Shown here: positions 1 to 10,647 of the stretch, one piece after another | How positions within the stretch are numbered: the stretch's first letter is position 1 | Layout: every line of letters starts with the position of its first letter | Origin: Terriglobia bacterium | Lineage (GTDB): Bacteria; Acidobacteriota; Terriglobia; 20CM-2-55-15 | NCBI GenBank assembly: GCA_965218585.1 | Contig: CBDCLE010000010.1 | Span: forward strand, 150,418 to 214,417 | DNA length: 64,000 nt | Direction of reading: 5' to 3' | Program-made: the position numbers and the translations under genes | The notes under the pieces: model-generated | Database searches by the model: none | Told to the model about the DNA's origin: nothing | The model's input: only the letters and a program-made list of their open reading frames with translations

Positions 1-249
1 ACCATCACCGTCCGCGATATCGATCCAGGAGATAAGTCCTGGCTCAAACACGAAGCCCGCCATGTCGGTGTTTCGATGGAAGAGTTCGTGCGCCGCCTCA
101 TTCGCGAGGAGCGCGAGAAGCGCGAACGATCTACAAAGCCTTCCGAGGCCTTCAAGCGATATTTCGGTCCTGAGCACGGGGTCGAGCTGCCGGCGTCCGC
201 GCGTTACTCCTACACGCCGGTCGAGTTTTCCGACGAGAGCAAAACGTGA
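1..249 (+). CDS. FitA/StbC-like ribbon-helix-helix antitoxin (5' end outside window)
   Basis: Frame 1 reads TITVRDIDPGDKSWLKHEARHVGVSMEEFVRRLIREE...; its stop overlaps the PIN gene start (GTGA). Confidence 0.8.
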   Translation, partial: TITVRDIDPGDKSWLKHEARHVGVSMEEFVRRLIREEREKRERSTKPSEAFKRYFGPEHGVELPASARYSYTPVEFSDESKT

Positions 250-689
250 CCGCGCCCGTCGCCTGGCTCCTCGACACGAACACTATCTCGGAAATGATGC
301 GGCCGAAGCCGGAACCGCAGGTTGCCAAGTTTCTCGATAGGATCGCCGGGGAAGGAATAGGTCTGGCCTCCATCACCGTCTGGGAAATCCTCAACGGCAT
401 TGGCCGTCTCGACCCTGGCCGGCGGCGGGACGATCTTGTCGAGCGGTTTCAAGGCCTTCTCGACGAGCTTTTCGAAGGACGAATATTCGATTGGACCCTG
501 GCCGACGCCCAGGCCTGTGCCCGCATCATGGAAGAAAAACGGCGACAGGGCGAACCGCTCGACGACCACCTACCGGATGCCTTTCTCGCGGCAGCGGCGG
601 CCTGTCGCGGGCTCGCCGTCGTCACGCGGAACGCAGGCGAGTTTCGAAACACCGGCATCGAGGTCATCGACCCGTGGGACGTCACTTAG
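246..689 (+). CDS. vapC: PIN-domain toxin (VapC/FitB family)
   Basis: LLDTNTISE, D..AAAA and VVTRN..F motifs; 147 aa; coupled to antitoxin. Confidence 0.9.
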   Translation: MTAPVAWLLDTNTISEMMRPKPEPQVAKFLDRIAGEGIGLASITVWEILNGIGRLDPGRRRDDLVERFQGLLDELFEGRIFDWTLADAQACARIMEEKRRQGEPLDDHLPDAFLAAAAACRGLAVVTRNAGEFRNTGIEVIDPWDVT

Positions 690-836
690 CGATAAGGGAA
701 AGGTTTGAGTGACAGCTTTTAAAAAACCATAATGGAATTCAGGAAAAGAGAAAAACAGCGCATTGAACCGTTGAAGTCGAATCTATTTTCCGCGGAGGCC
801 TCGGAACCCCGGAGATATATAGGAGACCGGCGCGAC

Positions 837-920
837 TTCTGCCTTCTCCAACTCCTTCAGCCGTTTCAACTGATCCGCCTTCGGCCCGCTGTAGTTCTTG
901 CGCCAGCGGTAGAATGTCAC
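837..920 (-). mobile_element. IS3-family OrfA remnant
   Basis: Minus strand reads VTFYRWRKNYSGPKADQLKRLKELEKAE, typical IS3 OrfA HTH/leucine-zipper segment. Confidence 0.7.
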
Positions 921-1373
921 TGTGGGGGCTTTCGACTTCATTCAAGCAATTTGGAAAAATGGAAAAGAAGATACCAAGTTCAAAGGGGCGTCGCAACGCT
1001 ACTTTCGAATTAAACATAGGCAAGTCCGTCAAGGGCTGCGGCCGGCGTGAGGACGGCCAGCTCCGCAGTGCCGTCATCGCGGCGGCGGCCCTGATCGCCT
1101 TCACGCTGGCCGGGAACCGCCCCCGCCTTCACCGCCGCGCAGGCCGGGGTCTCCGGGCTAATAAGTTCTTCTTGCTTCCATGCGGCGGCCTCTGCGTCTT
1201 TGCGCCTCAGCGTTAGCAACGCAGCATCGAACTCGGAAATGTTGACTCGAAGAGTACGATTGTGCTACCTAAACTATTGTGGAGAAGCGACTAAGGGAAC
1301 CATCCTGGGTGGTCGAGCCGCAAGCGGCATCCAGCGACATTCGAGAGTCAACGCAATATCTTGGGGGTCATCC

Positions 1374-3188
1374 GTGGATCGACGCCACAGCCGCTCCATT
1401 TTCGTCCTCGTTCTAATCCTCCCTGTTCTGAGTTCCTGCGGCCGCTCGACCCGCCCGTTGACGCAAGCCCCGCCACCCATCGACACTTCGACTCCAGCAG
1501 CGAATCGGCGGCCGGTCGCCCTCGACCCGCTGGCGCAGGTATTGATCAACGCGCGGGATCACACCCAGCGCGGGGAACGACTGCTGCGGGACGGCAACGT
1601 GAACGAAGCCCGTGACGCTTTTGAAACGGCTCTCGAAGTCTTGCGGGCCTACACGCCAACCAGGTCCCGAAGCTTCGAGTTCGAGCGCGAGATCGATTTC
1701 CTGAACATGCGCCTGGCCGCTCTGGGACCGACACCGGTTGCCGAGCCGGCCATGATCGACGATCTGGCGACGCTCGACGCCCCCATTGAGGATGGGTATG
1801 CGGCACTGCGCGAGAGAACCGCTTCGGATATCGCATCGATCACTTCCGATCTCCCGATCCAACTCCACCACCGGGTTCTGGAACTCCTGATCTATTTCAC
1901 CGAAGGGCGCGGACGCCGAGCGATCGAATTGGGGCTGAGGCGGGTCGGCCTGTACCGGCCCCTGATCCAGCGGATCCTGAACGAAGAAGGACTGCCGCAG
2001 GATCTGGTCTATCTGGCCCAGGCTGAAAGTGCTTTCAAACCGGAGGCCCTCTCCCGGGCCCAGGCAAAGGGAATGTGGCAATTCATTGCCTCGCGGGGTC
2101 GCGAATACGAGCTGCGGCAGAACTGGTGGATTGACGAACGGTCCGACCCGGAGAAGTCGACGCGGGCAGCCGCGCGGCATCTCAAGGACCTGTATCAGGA
2201 ATTCGGTCACTGGTACCTGGCGATGGCGGCCTACAACGCCGGCCCTGCGAGGGTGAGTCGCGCGGTGGAGCAAGCCAGCTCGCGAGATTTTTGGGCGCTG
2301 GCCGACCGTAAGCTTCTTCCGCAGGAAACGCGCAACTACGTTCCGACCATTCTGGCTATGACGATCATCGGCAAGAACCCGGCCCGATACGGCTTCGCTG
2401 TTCGGCCTGCGGATCCAATCGAGATGGAGCGCGTCCGCGTCCCACATGCCACCGATTTGCGAGTCATTGCGGAGAATCTCAACCTTTCAGTCGAACGGAT
2501 CCAGGAACTGAACCCCCATGTCCTGCGATGGGCAACGCCACCCGATGACGACGAATTCGAATTAAATGTCCCTGTTGGACTGGCAGCCCAGTTCGCCGAA
2601 AAAGTCGCAACCCTGCCGGAGAGCGAACGCATCCAGTTCCATCACCATGTCGTGGCCAATGGTGAAACACTGTCGCAACTGGTGAACCGTTACGGCGTGT
2701 CCATGACGTTGATTACCGGAACGAACGGGATCGCAAACCAGAACATGATTCGGGCCGGACAGACCCTGGTGATCCCTGTCAGGGGTGTGTCGCGGGCCGA
2801 CGGCGGGGCCGAAACCCCGGCAGTGGCACCGGCGTCTTCCACCGACCGTCCGGCTGCGTATCAGATCCGGCGCGGGGACACATTGATCGGCATCGCAACC
2901 CGCTTCGCGTTGTCAATCAATGAGATCAAGGCTTGGAACGGCATGTCGTCCAACCTCTTGATCGCGGGTCAAAGTCTGCGCCTTCCTCCCGCATCGACCC
3001 CGCCGACGAGTTCCGGAAATGCCACCCGGACCGAGCGTGTCGTGTACCAGGTCCGGCCTGGCGATACGCTCTTCCAAATCGCCATGTTTTACCGCACTTC
3101 GGTGGACGATATCCGCGCCTGGAACCCCGATTCAGACTTGTCGGTCATCCGGCCAGGCGACCAGATCACGATCCATATGCCCCGCTAG
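1374..3188 (+). CDS. mltD: Lytic murein transglycosylase with SLT domain and LysM repeats (MltD-like lipoprotein)
   Basis: AESAF, AKGMWQF, AAYNAG, ETRNYVP motifs; C-terminal LysM repeats; lipobox-like LSSC; start GTG 1374 inferred. Confidence 0.9.
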   Translation: MDRRHSRSIFVLVLILPVLSSCGRSTRPLTQAPPPIDTSTPAANRRPVALDPLAQVLINARDHTQRGERLLRDGNVNEARDAFETALEVLRAYTPTRSRSFEFEREIDFLNMRLAALGPTPVAEPAMIDDLATLDAPIEDGYAALRERTASDIASITSDLPIQLHHRVLELLIYFTEGRGRRAIELGLRRVGLYRPLIQRILNEEGLPQDLVYLAQAESAFKPEALSRAQAKGMWQFIASRGREYELRQNWWIDERSDPEKSTRAAARHLKDLYQEFGHWYLAMAAYNAGPARVSRAVEQASSRDFWALADRKLLPQETRNYVPTILAMTIIGKNPARYGFAVRPADPIEMERVRVPHATDLRVIAENLNLSVERIQELNPHVLRWATPPDDDEFELNVPVGLAAQFAEKVATLPESERIQFHHHVVANGETLSQLVNRYGVSMTLITGTNGIANQNMIRAGQTLVIPVRGVSRADGGAETPAVAPASSTDRPAAYQIRRGDTLIGIATRFALSINEIKAWNGMSSNLLIAGQSLRLPPASTPPTSSGNATRTERVVYQVRPGDTLFQIAMFYRTSVDDIRAWNPDSDLSVIRPGDQITIHMPR

Positions 3189-3324
3189 TGGTCCCGGTCA
3201 CAATGACGGCAGATCCAGAAGACCCGGCCACAGCCGGGCCACCGGGAAGACCGACTGCGGTCGCCCGGCAACTTCATATCGACTGTACTTCCGCGCGGCG
3301 TATTCTAATAGAAAGGATTCGACC

Positions 3325-3717
3325 ATGAATGGTCCATCGATACAGTTCCATAAGATCTGGATTGAACAGTGTAGGGCGACTGAGGATATCCGTGAACGCT
3401 TCGGGCTCGAAGATGCCATACGCTATCTGATCGGAGAAAAACTGCTCGACTTCGTTCGCGCTTCGGAAGACGATCCCGACTTCGCGAAGGAGTTGCCCGC
3501 GTTTGTGGCTGAGATCCGGCGGCTCTTCTCTGCTGCGGAGATTCGGGAGTTTCTGGACGATCTCGAGCGCACGAAGTTTTTGGTTCCACCAGAACCGGAT
3601 CTGGAGGTGGAGGTTCTCGACGACGAAATGGACGAAGAGTCCTGGCCGGGTAATCCAGTGTTAGGCGCAGAGGAGTTACTTCGATTCTCTCGTATTCGGC
3701 ATCTGCTGAAGCCGTAG
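3325..3717 (+). CDS. Hypothetical protein
   Basis: ATG preceded by GAAAGGA RBS; 130 aa protein-like composition. Confidence 0.7.
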   Translation: MNGPSIQFHKIWIEQCRATEDIRERFGLEDAIRYLIGEKLLDFVRASEDDPDFAKELPAFVAEIRRLFSAAEIREFLDDLERTKFLVPPEPDLEVEVLDDEMDEESWPGNPVLGAEELLRFSRIRHLLKP

Positions 3718-3794
3718 TTGGCTGAACGGCAAGAAAACGAGGGAAAGAGCAGCAGATCTATCTCTGGCTCACCATAACGCGGTGCTCTGCATAA

Positions 3795-3988
3795 TCCTCT
3801 CCAGGTTCGCTCTGAATGATCCCGGCCGCCTCAGCAGACCGCACGCCCCGAAGCTTGCGCACGAAACGCTTCACCGATTCGTAGCTGCCGGCGAATCCCT
3901 GATCGGAGACCAAGTCCTGCCAGCTGCCCATGGCATTACGGCCTCGGTCGAGCGCGTGCTCAATGATCTCGCGATAAGGTTCCGCAGA
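3795..3988 (-). mobile_element. IS21-family IstA transposase fragment
   Basis: Reads SAEPYREIIEHALDRGRNAMGSWQDLVSDQGFAGSYESVKRFVRKLR...QSEPGE. Confidence 0.75.
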
Positions 3989-4049
3989 ACTAGGGTACCA
4001 ACCAGATTTGAACAGAAATACGTGCTAAGGGGTGTCCATCTTGAGCTTG

Positions 4050-4208
4050 GTGGTGTCAAATCTGACGAGGCCACGCACGAAGGCGACCTGGTAGGCGAAA
4101 CCCAATCGATTGTGGCGGCCCCGCCGCAGGGCGATCTCGCGTCGGCCGGCTTCGAGAAAGCGGGCATCGCGAATCAGACGGGGGCGAGAGACGTCGGGAC
4201 CGGAGACT
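4050..4208 (-). mobile_element. Tn3-family transposase N-terminal (DUF4158-like) fragment
   Basis: Reads RLIRDARFLEAGRREIALRRGRHNRLGFAYQVAFVR. Confidence 0.65.
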
Positions 4209-4209
4209 C

Positions 4210-4512
4210 GTGAAAACCGTTGCCTATCTGAGGGTCTCGACCGTGCAACAGGACGTGCGCAGCCAGCGCTTCGCCATCCTCAAGTACGGACGCAAACACG
4301 ATTTCCGCAGCGACGATTTCATCGAGGCGACCGTTTGGTCGTCAGCGAACTCTTCCGGCTCGGTCGGTCGCTGGGTCAGGTCGTCGCCATCCTCGACGCC
4401 CTCGCCAAGGCCAGGGCCTCGGGCAGGCAGCTCGGGCACCCGAAAGGCTCGCTGAGCGTCTCACGACTCAACGGCAAGGAGAACGACATCCGGCGCTTCC
4501 TCGAGGCTTTGA
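4210..4512 (+). pseudogene. Serine resolvase/invertase, internally deleted and frameshifted
   Basis: VAYLRVSTVQQD catalytic motif, then GDRLVVSEL.RLGRSL and GRQLGHPKGS in another frame. Confidence 0.8.
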
Positions 4513-4559
4513 GGTGCGGCGCGTGGAGAGGGCCAAGAAGATCGTTGCGCTTCGGCGCC

Positions 4560-4931
4560 TGCGGAACGTGTCAACAAGTTTGAGACACCTGCATTCGGAA
4601 TTTAAGCTACCGTAGGCGACTCTGCGGGCGGGTTGATCCACACCTTGTCCGGCGGCCCAGCGATCTTTCTCGGTACATTGACGAAACGTTCTGGATGTTG
4701 CCGACGAGCGCGATCCAGAGCATGCTGGCGTCGTTCCAGAACCGGACCGGTCTGACCGGAATGGACCATCGCTGGGGTTAGCCAGTTCAGACCGGAATGG
4801 TAGTGGACGTTGTTGTACCAGTGGAAGAAGTCCCGGCAGAACGCCTTGGCGTCCTGGATCGAACCGAATCGTTCCGGGAAGTCAGGGCGGTACTTCAGGG
4901 TTTTGAACTGGGCTTCCGAGAACGGGTTCAT
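4560..4931 (-). mobile_element. IS3-family transposase 3' fragment with terminal repeat
   Basis: NPFSEAQFKTLKY...WYNNVHYHSGL..LTP integrase-core end; TGCGGAACGTGTCAA...TTGAGACA end at 4560. Confidence 0.8.
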
Positions 4932-5049
4932 TGCATGTCGCCAAAACGCATCCTGAAGTTTCTCAATCCGGACATCTTACAGGCGCTAACTACGGTGCGG
5001 CTGTATCGAACTGCCCCGCCGCCGGATCACCCGCTGAAGCAAGGGAGTC

Positions 5050-5701
5050 CTACCCGTTGGACTCTATCGCCTCCAGGAAGAGGTACATGCCCGAAGATGG
5101 ATTGTCGTCCGGGAACTCGGTTTCGTCTCCTGCGTGCTTGGCGGTCAGGGCGCGCGCCCGTCGCGCCGCGTCAGCTCGCCGGGGGCATGTACTGCGCGCC
5201 GTCGAGTCCCTTCCCCAAACTCCTGTCGTGGTCGCGGATCAGCTTCCTGGCAGCCTGGTTGTCGAGCCATGCCGTATGGTCTTCAAAATGGAGCGCAAGC
5301 CATAACTCGAAGCACGGATTCGAAATGGCAAGTCGGACGCCGCTCTTGTTGGCCCTATCTTTGGCTTCAGGAAGCTTAGGGTGATTCCGGGGCCATTCGA
5401 CGTCAAAGAGACACCACACCTCGTCGATTTCGCCTTGCTCTCGGGAGCTGCGAGTCCGGGCTTCGGCAGCCGCTTTCACCAAGCTCAACGGCACGGCGCC
5501 ACTCGCCTCCAGGTCAACACGGATATCAACCGAGGCCGAGTCGCGGACCGCTGGGTCCTGTTTCAAGGCCTTGAGGTAGTCGGGTTCGGTCTTCGTGCCT
5601 TCGCAGAACACCAGGAAGGTCCGCTTGGGAGTGCGAACGGCGACTGTGCGGCTGAGCGATCGCTTCTTGCGCGGCTTGCGTTCAGTCCGCTTGGTCATCA
5701 C
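5050..5701 (-). pseudogene. rloB: RloB-like protein (frameshift near 5180)
   Basis: LVFCEGTKTEPDY, VWCLFDVE, ISNPCFELWLALHF; C-terminus ...DNPSSGMYLFLE in shifted frame. Confidence 0.85.
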
Positions 5702-5853
5702 GAGACTGAGAGACGAGCCCGAGGGCTCTGCGGACTGCGGTCTGGTCGACTTCTGGAATAGCCCCGAACCGACCCTGCAGGTAGGCTCTTTCCAGGTTCA
5801 GAGACCTCCTCACACGTTCGCCCCCGAACTCGGCCAGACCAACGAGGCGCGTA
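5698..5853 (-). pseudogene. C-terminal remnant of RloA-like AAA ATPase, truncated at the group II intron
   Basis: Reads ...LVGLAEFGGERVRRSLNLERAYLQGRFGAIP...; stop overlaps rloB start. Confidence 0.75.
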
Positions 5854-8008
5854 GTGCGTGCCTGGCAGCACGCGTTTCCGGCGGGTTAAAGTCCCGCTCG
5901 GCCCGAGGCCACGGGTCGATATCCAATAAGTGGGGGTAATGCCTCACTGGCCGAAGTGTAGGCGGGTATGCAAATGCCTAAACGGGCACGAAGGCGAAAG
6001 CCGGATACGGCCAAGACAGAGCTGGATCCACCTACGGAAACTTTGGAGGGCAGGGCGCCCACCGCGAGGTGGGGTCTGAAGGGCATGAGGAGAACCACCG
6101 GGTCGTAATCGACGGGAGCGATCCCGAGGATGAACCGGTCGGCCAAAGATGGGGAATGGTCGAGCCCGCACTATGGGGGCGAAGGCACATTGGTTCCCCC
6201 CCCCATCGCACCAAGGTGTGTGCGGGCGACACGGTGGAGAAGAGACACGAGTGACCCAGGGAGGCCTGGTATTGTCCGGGCGGAAGGTAAGGTCGAGATG
6301 GTGTGGCACCCGCAGACGAAAGGGCGGGCAACGGAGAAGACAAACATCGACCTAGAGCCCCGCAAGGTAGGTGCGGATATAAGCGAGAGCGAAGTTCCGG
6401 CCGACGCGGTGCCAGGAATCGGATCAGGGAATAGTACTCAGGAACGAGACACCGAACATAAGATCTCGGATCGTTGCTTCAAGCAGCGGCGCTGGCGGGT
6501 TCAAAAGGCCCGTTGGAGGGGGAAGTCCCTGTACTCAGTTGTGATTGTGCGAGCGAGGGAAAGGCGGAGGTATCGTGACCTTGGACAGTTCCCTTAGTGA
6601 AAGACCCAAACGCGATTCGGACGAAGCCGCCGCCCGTCACCACACAGCGACATTGGAAAGCAAACAGGGAAAGAAGCGAAAGGTCCACTCGCTGATCGAC
6701 AAGGTGTTTAGTCGCAAGAATCTGGAGTTGGCCTGGGAGAAGGTGAAGCGGAACCGAGGTAGTGCGGGCATCGACAAGGTGACCGTTGAGCAGTTTGAAA
6801 CGCGCAAGGAGGAATATCTGGCCTTGTTGCATCAAAGACTGCGAGATGGCAGTTATCGCCCCAAGCCGGTTAAGCGAGTCGAGATCGGGAAGTCCGACGG
6901 AGGAGTGCGAAAGCTGGGGATACCGGCCGTGATGGATCGGGTATGTCAGCAGGCACTGGTCCAGCGGATGGAACCGATCTTCGAGCCGCTGTTTCTGGAC
7001 TGCTCATTCGGGTATCGCAAGGGGCGTTCGCCTCACGATGCGATGCGGAAAGTATGGGTAGAGCTGGGCGAGGGAGACCTATGGGTAGTTGATGCCGACT
7101 TGCGGCAGTTCTTCGACACGATTGACCAGGAGAAGCTCCTCGACTTAATTGCCGAAGAGATCAGCGACGGCCGAGTACTGGGACTGATCCGGGTCATCCT
7201 GGGTTCGGGGGTGTTGGACGGAGGTTGCTGGCAACCCACGCGGACGGGAGTTCCCCAAGGGGGAGTGGCCAGTCCGTTGTGGTCAAACATCTTTCTGACG
7301 CCGTTTGACCGTGAGATGACCCGACAAGGTTACAGACTCACACGCTGGGCGGACGACTTCGTGGTGGTCTGCAGGACACCGTCGGAAGCCCGGCAGGCAC
7401 TCGCATGTGCAGAGCGGTTTCTCTGGGAGGCACTTGGAGTTCGGCTCCATCCGAAGAAGACGCGGATTGTACACGTCCGACAGGGCTTCGAGTTCTTGGG
7501 GTACAAGGTGAAGCAAGGGAAAGGCCTGCGCCTGTCCGATACACAGAGGCAGGGTCGCGGAATGCATCCCTATAACCTGTACGCCATTCCACGGGAAAAG
7601 TCGGTGGAGAGGTTCCGGACGCAAATCCGACACCTCTCGCGCCGAAAGGCTCCCCTCACGCTGGGCGAAGTCATCGACCAGCTCAACCCAGTGATTCGTG
7701 GTTGGGGGAACTACTACCGCAAAGCGCGGGTGCGCCGACTCTTTAACCAGTTGGACCGTTGGATCGAGCGCCGTATCCACTCGTTTCTCGCGAAACGGTG
7801 GCGCAATACGATGTGGCGCCGCTATCCGGCACGACGACTGATTCGGGAGTTTGGTTTGGTCCGACTGACGCATCTGATCCCCGGTCTTGTGGACCGGTGA
7901 CTTCGAGCGAGGAGCAACTGAGGAAAGCGGCTTGCGGGAAAACTGCACGAGCCGTTTGATTGAGCGGACGGTGGAAGGGCGGCTCTGCCCGACCACTTTC
8001 GACTCTAC
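5854..8008 (+). mobile_element. Group II intron (ribozyme plus RT/maturase ORF)
   Basis: 5' GTGCG at 5854; domain V-like AAAGCGGCTTGCGGGAAAACTGCACGAGCCGTTT near 7924-7957; domain VI hairpin ending ...GACTCTAC at 8008. Confidence 0.9.
6575..7900 (+). CDS. ltrA: Group II intron reverse transcriptase/maturase, no endonuclease domain
   Basis: RKLGIP..DRV.Q, GVPQGG..SP, RWADDF, FEFLGY, LNPVIRGWGNYY; start codon uncertain (6545 or 6575). Confidence 0.93.
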   Translation: MTLDSSLSERPKRDSDEAAARHHTATLESKQGKKRKVHSLIDKVFSRKNLELAWEKVKRNRGSAGIDKVTVEQFETRKEEYLALLHQRLRDGSYRPKPVKRVEIGKSDGGVRKLGIPAVMDRVCQQALVQRMEPIFEPLFLDCSFGYRKGRSPHDAMRKVWVELGEGDLWVVDADLRQFFDTIDQEKLLDLIAEEISDGRVLGLIRVILGSGVLDGGCWQPTRTGVPQGGVASPLWSNIFLTPFDREMTRQGYRLTRWADDFVVVCRTPSEARQALACAERFLWEALGVRLHPKKTRIVHVRQGFEFLGYKVKQGKGLRLSDTQRQGRGMHPYNLYAIPREKSVERFRTQIRHLSRRKAPLTLGEVIDQLNPVIRGWGNYYRKARVRRLFNQLDRWIERRIHSFLAKRWRNTMWRRYPARRLIREFGLVRLTHLIPGLVDR

Positions 8009-8534
8009 AACAGAAGCGACTCCGAACACGGCCGAGAAAGGATCGACAGCCTCCTTCGTTCAGATGACGAGTGAGATTCCTACTGAAACAGGCGGCACGG
8101 CCCGTCAGGCTGCACCGCAACCGGCTGCACCGGCCCAACCGGCGAAACCCGCAAACCTGCCGACGTTTTCTCTTGAACCGGCACGGCGTGTGACGATGAT
8201 GGTCGGGGAATCCGATAGCGGAGTTCGCGTCCAGTTGAGTGAGAATCGGGGCGAGGTCTCGGTTCGATTTAACGCTCCCACAGTCATTTGCACCGGCCTG
8301 GAAGGTTCCGTCCACAACCTGGTGGATTCGCTCAATCGCCAACAGGTTCCGCTCTCCGATGTCCTGTTCTCCGGACGCTTCGACACTGGAACCGACTCGG
8401 GTCAGTCCCAGCACGGCGACGGACATGGCTCCCGGCAGGGACAATCCGCTGATACCGAATCTGAAGAAACTCTTGCCTTCATGACAGAGTTCGAGTCTTC
8501 CGATGAAGATTCTCTCGTCAGCCTCACCGCGTAA
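8009..8534 (+). pseudogene. fliK: 3' part of FliK-like flagellar hook-length control protein
   Basis: Pro/Ala-rich linker then GVRVQLSENRGEVSVRF...L.DSLNRQQV and Gln/Gly-rich tail; upstream of flgD; no start after intron. Confidence 0.6.
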
Positions 8535-8561
8535 CCTCTGGTTACGTCCCCAAAAGACATT

Positions 8562-8634
8562 TCAACGCAGAGGCGCAGAGGTCGCAGAGACCTATATGAT
8601 TTCTGCGGTCTTCGCGTCCCTGCGTCTCTCGGTT
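8562..8634. repeat. REP-like family A (CAACGCAGAGGCGCAGAG...CTCTGCG.CTCT.GGTT); other copies about 1183, 23806, 31291, 33513, 40068, 42049
   Basis: Recurrent intergenic imperfect palindromes built from 8-9 bp CGCAGAG subunits. Confidence 0.85.
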
Positions 8635-8839
8635 CTTGCGAGGAAGCTGAAGGCTGATCGCCGATCGCTGGGGCGTATCGGCAGGTCGCGGCGACGACAT
8701 AAGCAAAAAATGCCGGGTAGGGAGATTTTTCTTATAGAAGCTTTCATGCCTTCGCACAATGCATATGCAGTTTCAATAACTTGCAGCCGATTTTAGTTCG
8801 GCGCGACGCGTGCTCTAAATAGTCCCGAGGAGGAAAACG

Positions 8840-9097
8840 ATGATTGAAACAATTTTACCTACATCTTTGGGCGATCGGGCGCCGGCGCTTCCGATGTCGA
8901 AGGCCGAGGAACAGAAGTCGCAGTTCCTGCAGTTGCTCGTCGCCCAGATGAAAATGCAGGATCCCCTCAATCCAATGGACGGCACCGATTTTGTGGCGCA
9001 GTTGGCGCAGTTCACCAGCGTCGAAGAATTGATCAATATCCGGCAAGCCATGGAAAACGTCGAACAGGCGCTAGGGCAGACAGGTACAACGCTATAA
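8840..9097 (+). CDS. flgD: Flagellar hook capping protein FlgD N-terminal domain
   Basis: QFLQLLVAQMKMQDPLNPMDGTDFVAQLAQFTSVEEL; GAGGAGG RBS; stop lies at IS left end. Confidence 0.9.
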   Translation: MIETILPTSLGDRAPALPMSKAEEQKSQFLQLLVAQMKMQDPLNPMDGTDFVAQLAQFTSVEELINIRQAMENVEQALGQTGTTL

Positions 9098-9197
9098 GGA
9101 AGGACGCCCCTTTGTCGGCTGTTGCCAGGAGGAAAATCTCCCGACAACAACCCATTCAACGTAGCTGCGTTGAATTCAAAGACAAAGGAGCACGTAA

Positions 9198-10259
9198 ATG
9201 AAACAGGCCAAGTATATCGGCATGGATGTGCACCAGGCAACGACGGTGGTGATGGTCTTAAACGCAGACGGCAAACTGGTCTGGGAAAAGATCGTAGAGA
9301 CCCAGGCCGGGCCAATCATTGATTTGCTGGAGAGTCTGAGTGGTGAGCTGCACGTGACGTTTGAAGAAACCACGCAGGCCGAATGGCTCTACAACGTGGT
9401 CCGGGGATATGTGAGCGAAGTGATCGTGTGTGATCCCAGACGGAACAAACTGCTCAGTGACGGGTCCAAGACCGACCGGGTGGATGCCCTGAAACTGGCC
9501 GAGCTGCTCCGGGCCGGATGGCTGCGGTCGGTCTACCACGGGCACGATGCGACGCGGACGTTGAAAGAACTGGTCCGCGGATATGAGACCTTGACCCTGG
9601 ATACGCAGCGGACGATGGTTCGGATCAAGGCAATGTATCGAGGACGTGGGATCCGGACGCCGGGCCACGGCGTCTACCTCCCATCGCAGCGGGAACACTG
9701 GATCGAACAGCTCGCCAATACCGGTGCACGGCGGCGTACCGGATGGTTGTATGAGGAGCTGGATCATCTGAGAGGGTTAAGAAAAAAAGCGAAGCTGGCG
9801 ATGTTAACCGAGAGCCGCAAGCATCGTGCGGTGGGGATATTGCAGACGATTCCCCAGTTGGGACCGATACGTTGCGCCTTGATTGTAGCGACGGGGGACA
9901 CCCCGCATCGATTTCGAACCAAACGCCAGCTCTGGAACTACAGCGGTCTGGCCGTGGCAATGCACATGAGTGCGGAGTATGAGCAGGAAGGGAGTCGTGT
10001 GGTACGTCGTCGAAAGCCGATCGCCACGCGGGGACTGAACCGCAACGGCAACCGACGTTTGAAAGATGTGTTCATCGGGGCGGCGACCGGAGGCATGGGG
10101 GCCGAACCTTGGAAAAGCTACCTGGAGGGGCTCCAGAAAGACGGCAAGCGTAAGGAGATGGCTCGGCTGACACTGGCGAGGAAGATTGCAGCGACCGCAC
10201 TGAAGATGTGGAAGAAAGGAGACACGTTTAACGCAAAGAAACTGAACTTGGCGACATAG
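9198..10259 (+). CDS. IS110-family DEDD transposase/recombinase
   Basis: YIGMDVHQ, KTDRVDA.KLA, LQTIPQLGPI, YSGLA...S, GNRRLK, LARK motifs. Confidence 0.93.
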   Translation: MKQAKYIGMDVHQATTVVMVLNADGKLVWEKIVETQAGPIIDLLESLSGELHVTFEETTQAEWLYNVVRGYVSEVIVCDPRRNKLLSDGSKTDRVDALKLAELLRAGWLRSVYHGHDATRTLKELVRGYETLTLDTQRTMVRIKAMYRGRGIRTPGHGVYLPSQREHWIEQLANTGARRRTGWLYEELDHLRGLRKKAKLAMLTESRKHRAVGILQTIPQLGPIRCALIVATGDTPHRFRTKRQLWNYSGLAVAMHMSAEYEQEGSRVVRRRKPIATRGLNRNGNRRLKDVFIGAATGGMGAEPWKSYLEGLQKDGKRKEMARLTLARKIAATALKMWKKGDTFNAKKLNLAT

Positions 10260-10625
10260 CCGTTTCCAGACTTCTGCCGACAGCGCGAGGCATTCGACCG
10301 CTCGTCGTCGGTGAGGCGTCGGAACGGTAGGGTCGAGGGTGAGGATCCGATACGCGGTTGGCACACAGCGCTTGCTGAAGGCCCATGTAATACTCTATCC
10401 CCCCTCGCACGACCTGGAAAAGCGATAGCCCTCGAGGCTCAGATAGAACCGTGGTCGGCAATCACGACCCCTTTGCGCTTTTCAGTTTCTCGAAACCACA
10501 CCACGTTGTGATGAGTGATCGACTTCTCTGCGATGCCGGATCAACAGTTCGTCTCAACGGAGACAGGGGCTGGCTGCCACGACAGTGTTGGGTCCGGTGG
10601 TCCGCTCGGCGGGGACGTGTTTCTC
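10260..10625 (+). ncRNA. Putative bridge/seek RNA region of the IS1111-type element
   Basis: About 370 bp non-coding; ATACGCGGTT (10350) is the reverse complement of the right junction/target flank; ATAGAAC (10443) equals the element right end. Confidence 0.6.
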
Positions 10626-10647
10626 TTGACAGCCCCTTCCATAGAAC

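Larger units (their letters stand above)
9091..10647 (+). mobile_element. IS110-family (IS1111-type) element with long non-coding right end
   Basis: Transposase plus subterminal IR-like GGAAGG (9098) / CCTTCC (10635), outward TTGACA at 10626, AAC at both junctions; ends approximate. Confidence 0.8.

Noticed and set aside
6545-7900. Retron, DGR or defence RT
   Set aside because: Has maturase X domain and flanking ribozyme ends with domains V and VI
10451-10647. N-terminus of the 259-aa ORF
   Set aside because: Falls inside the IS non-coding end; the barrel sequence begins only after the junction
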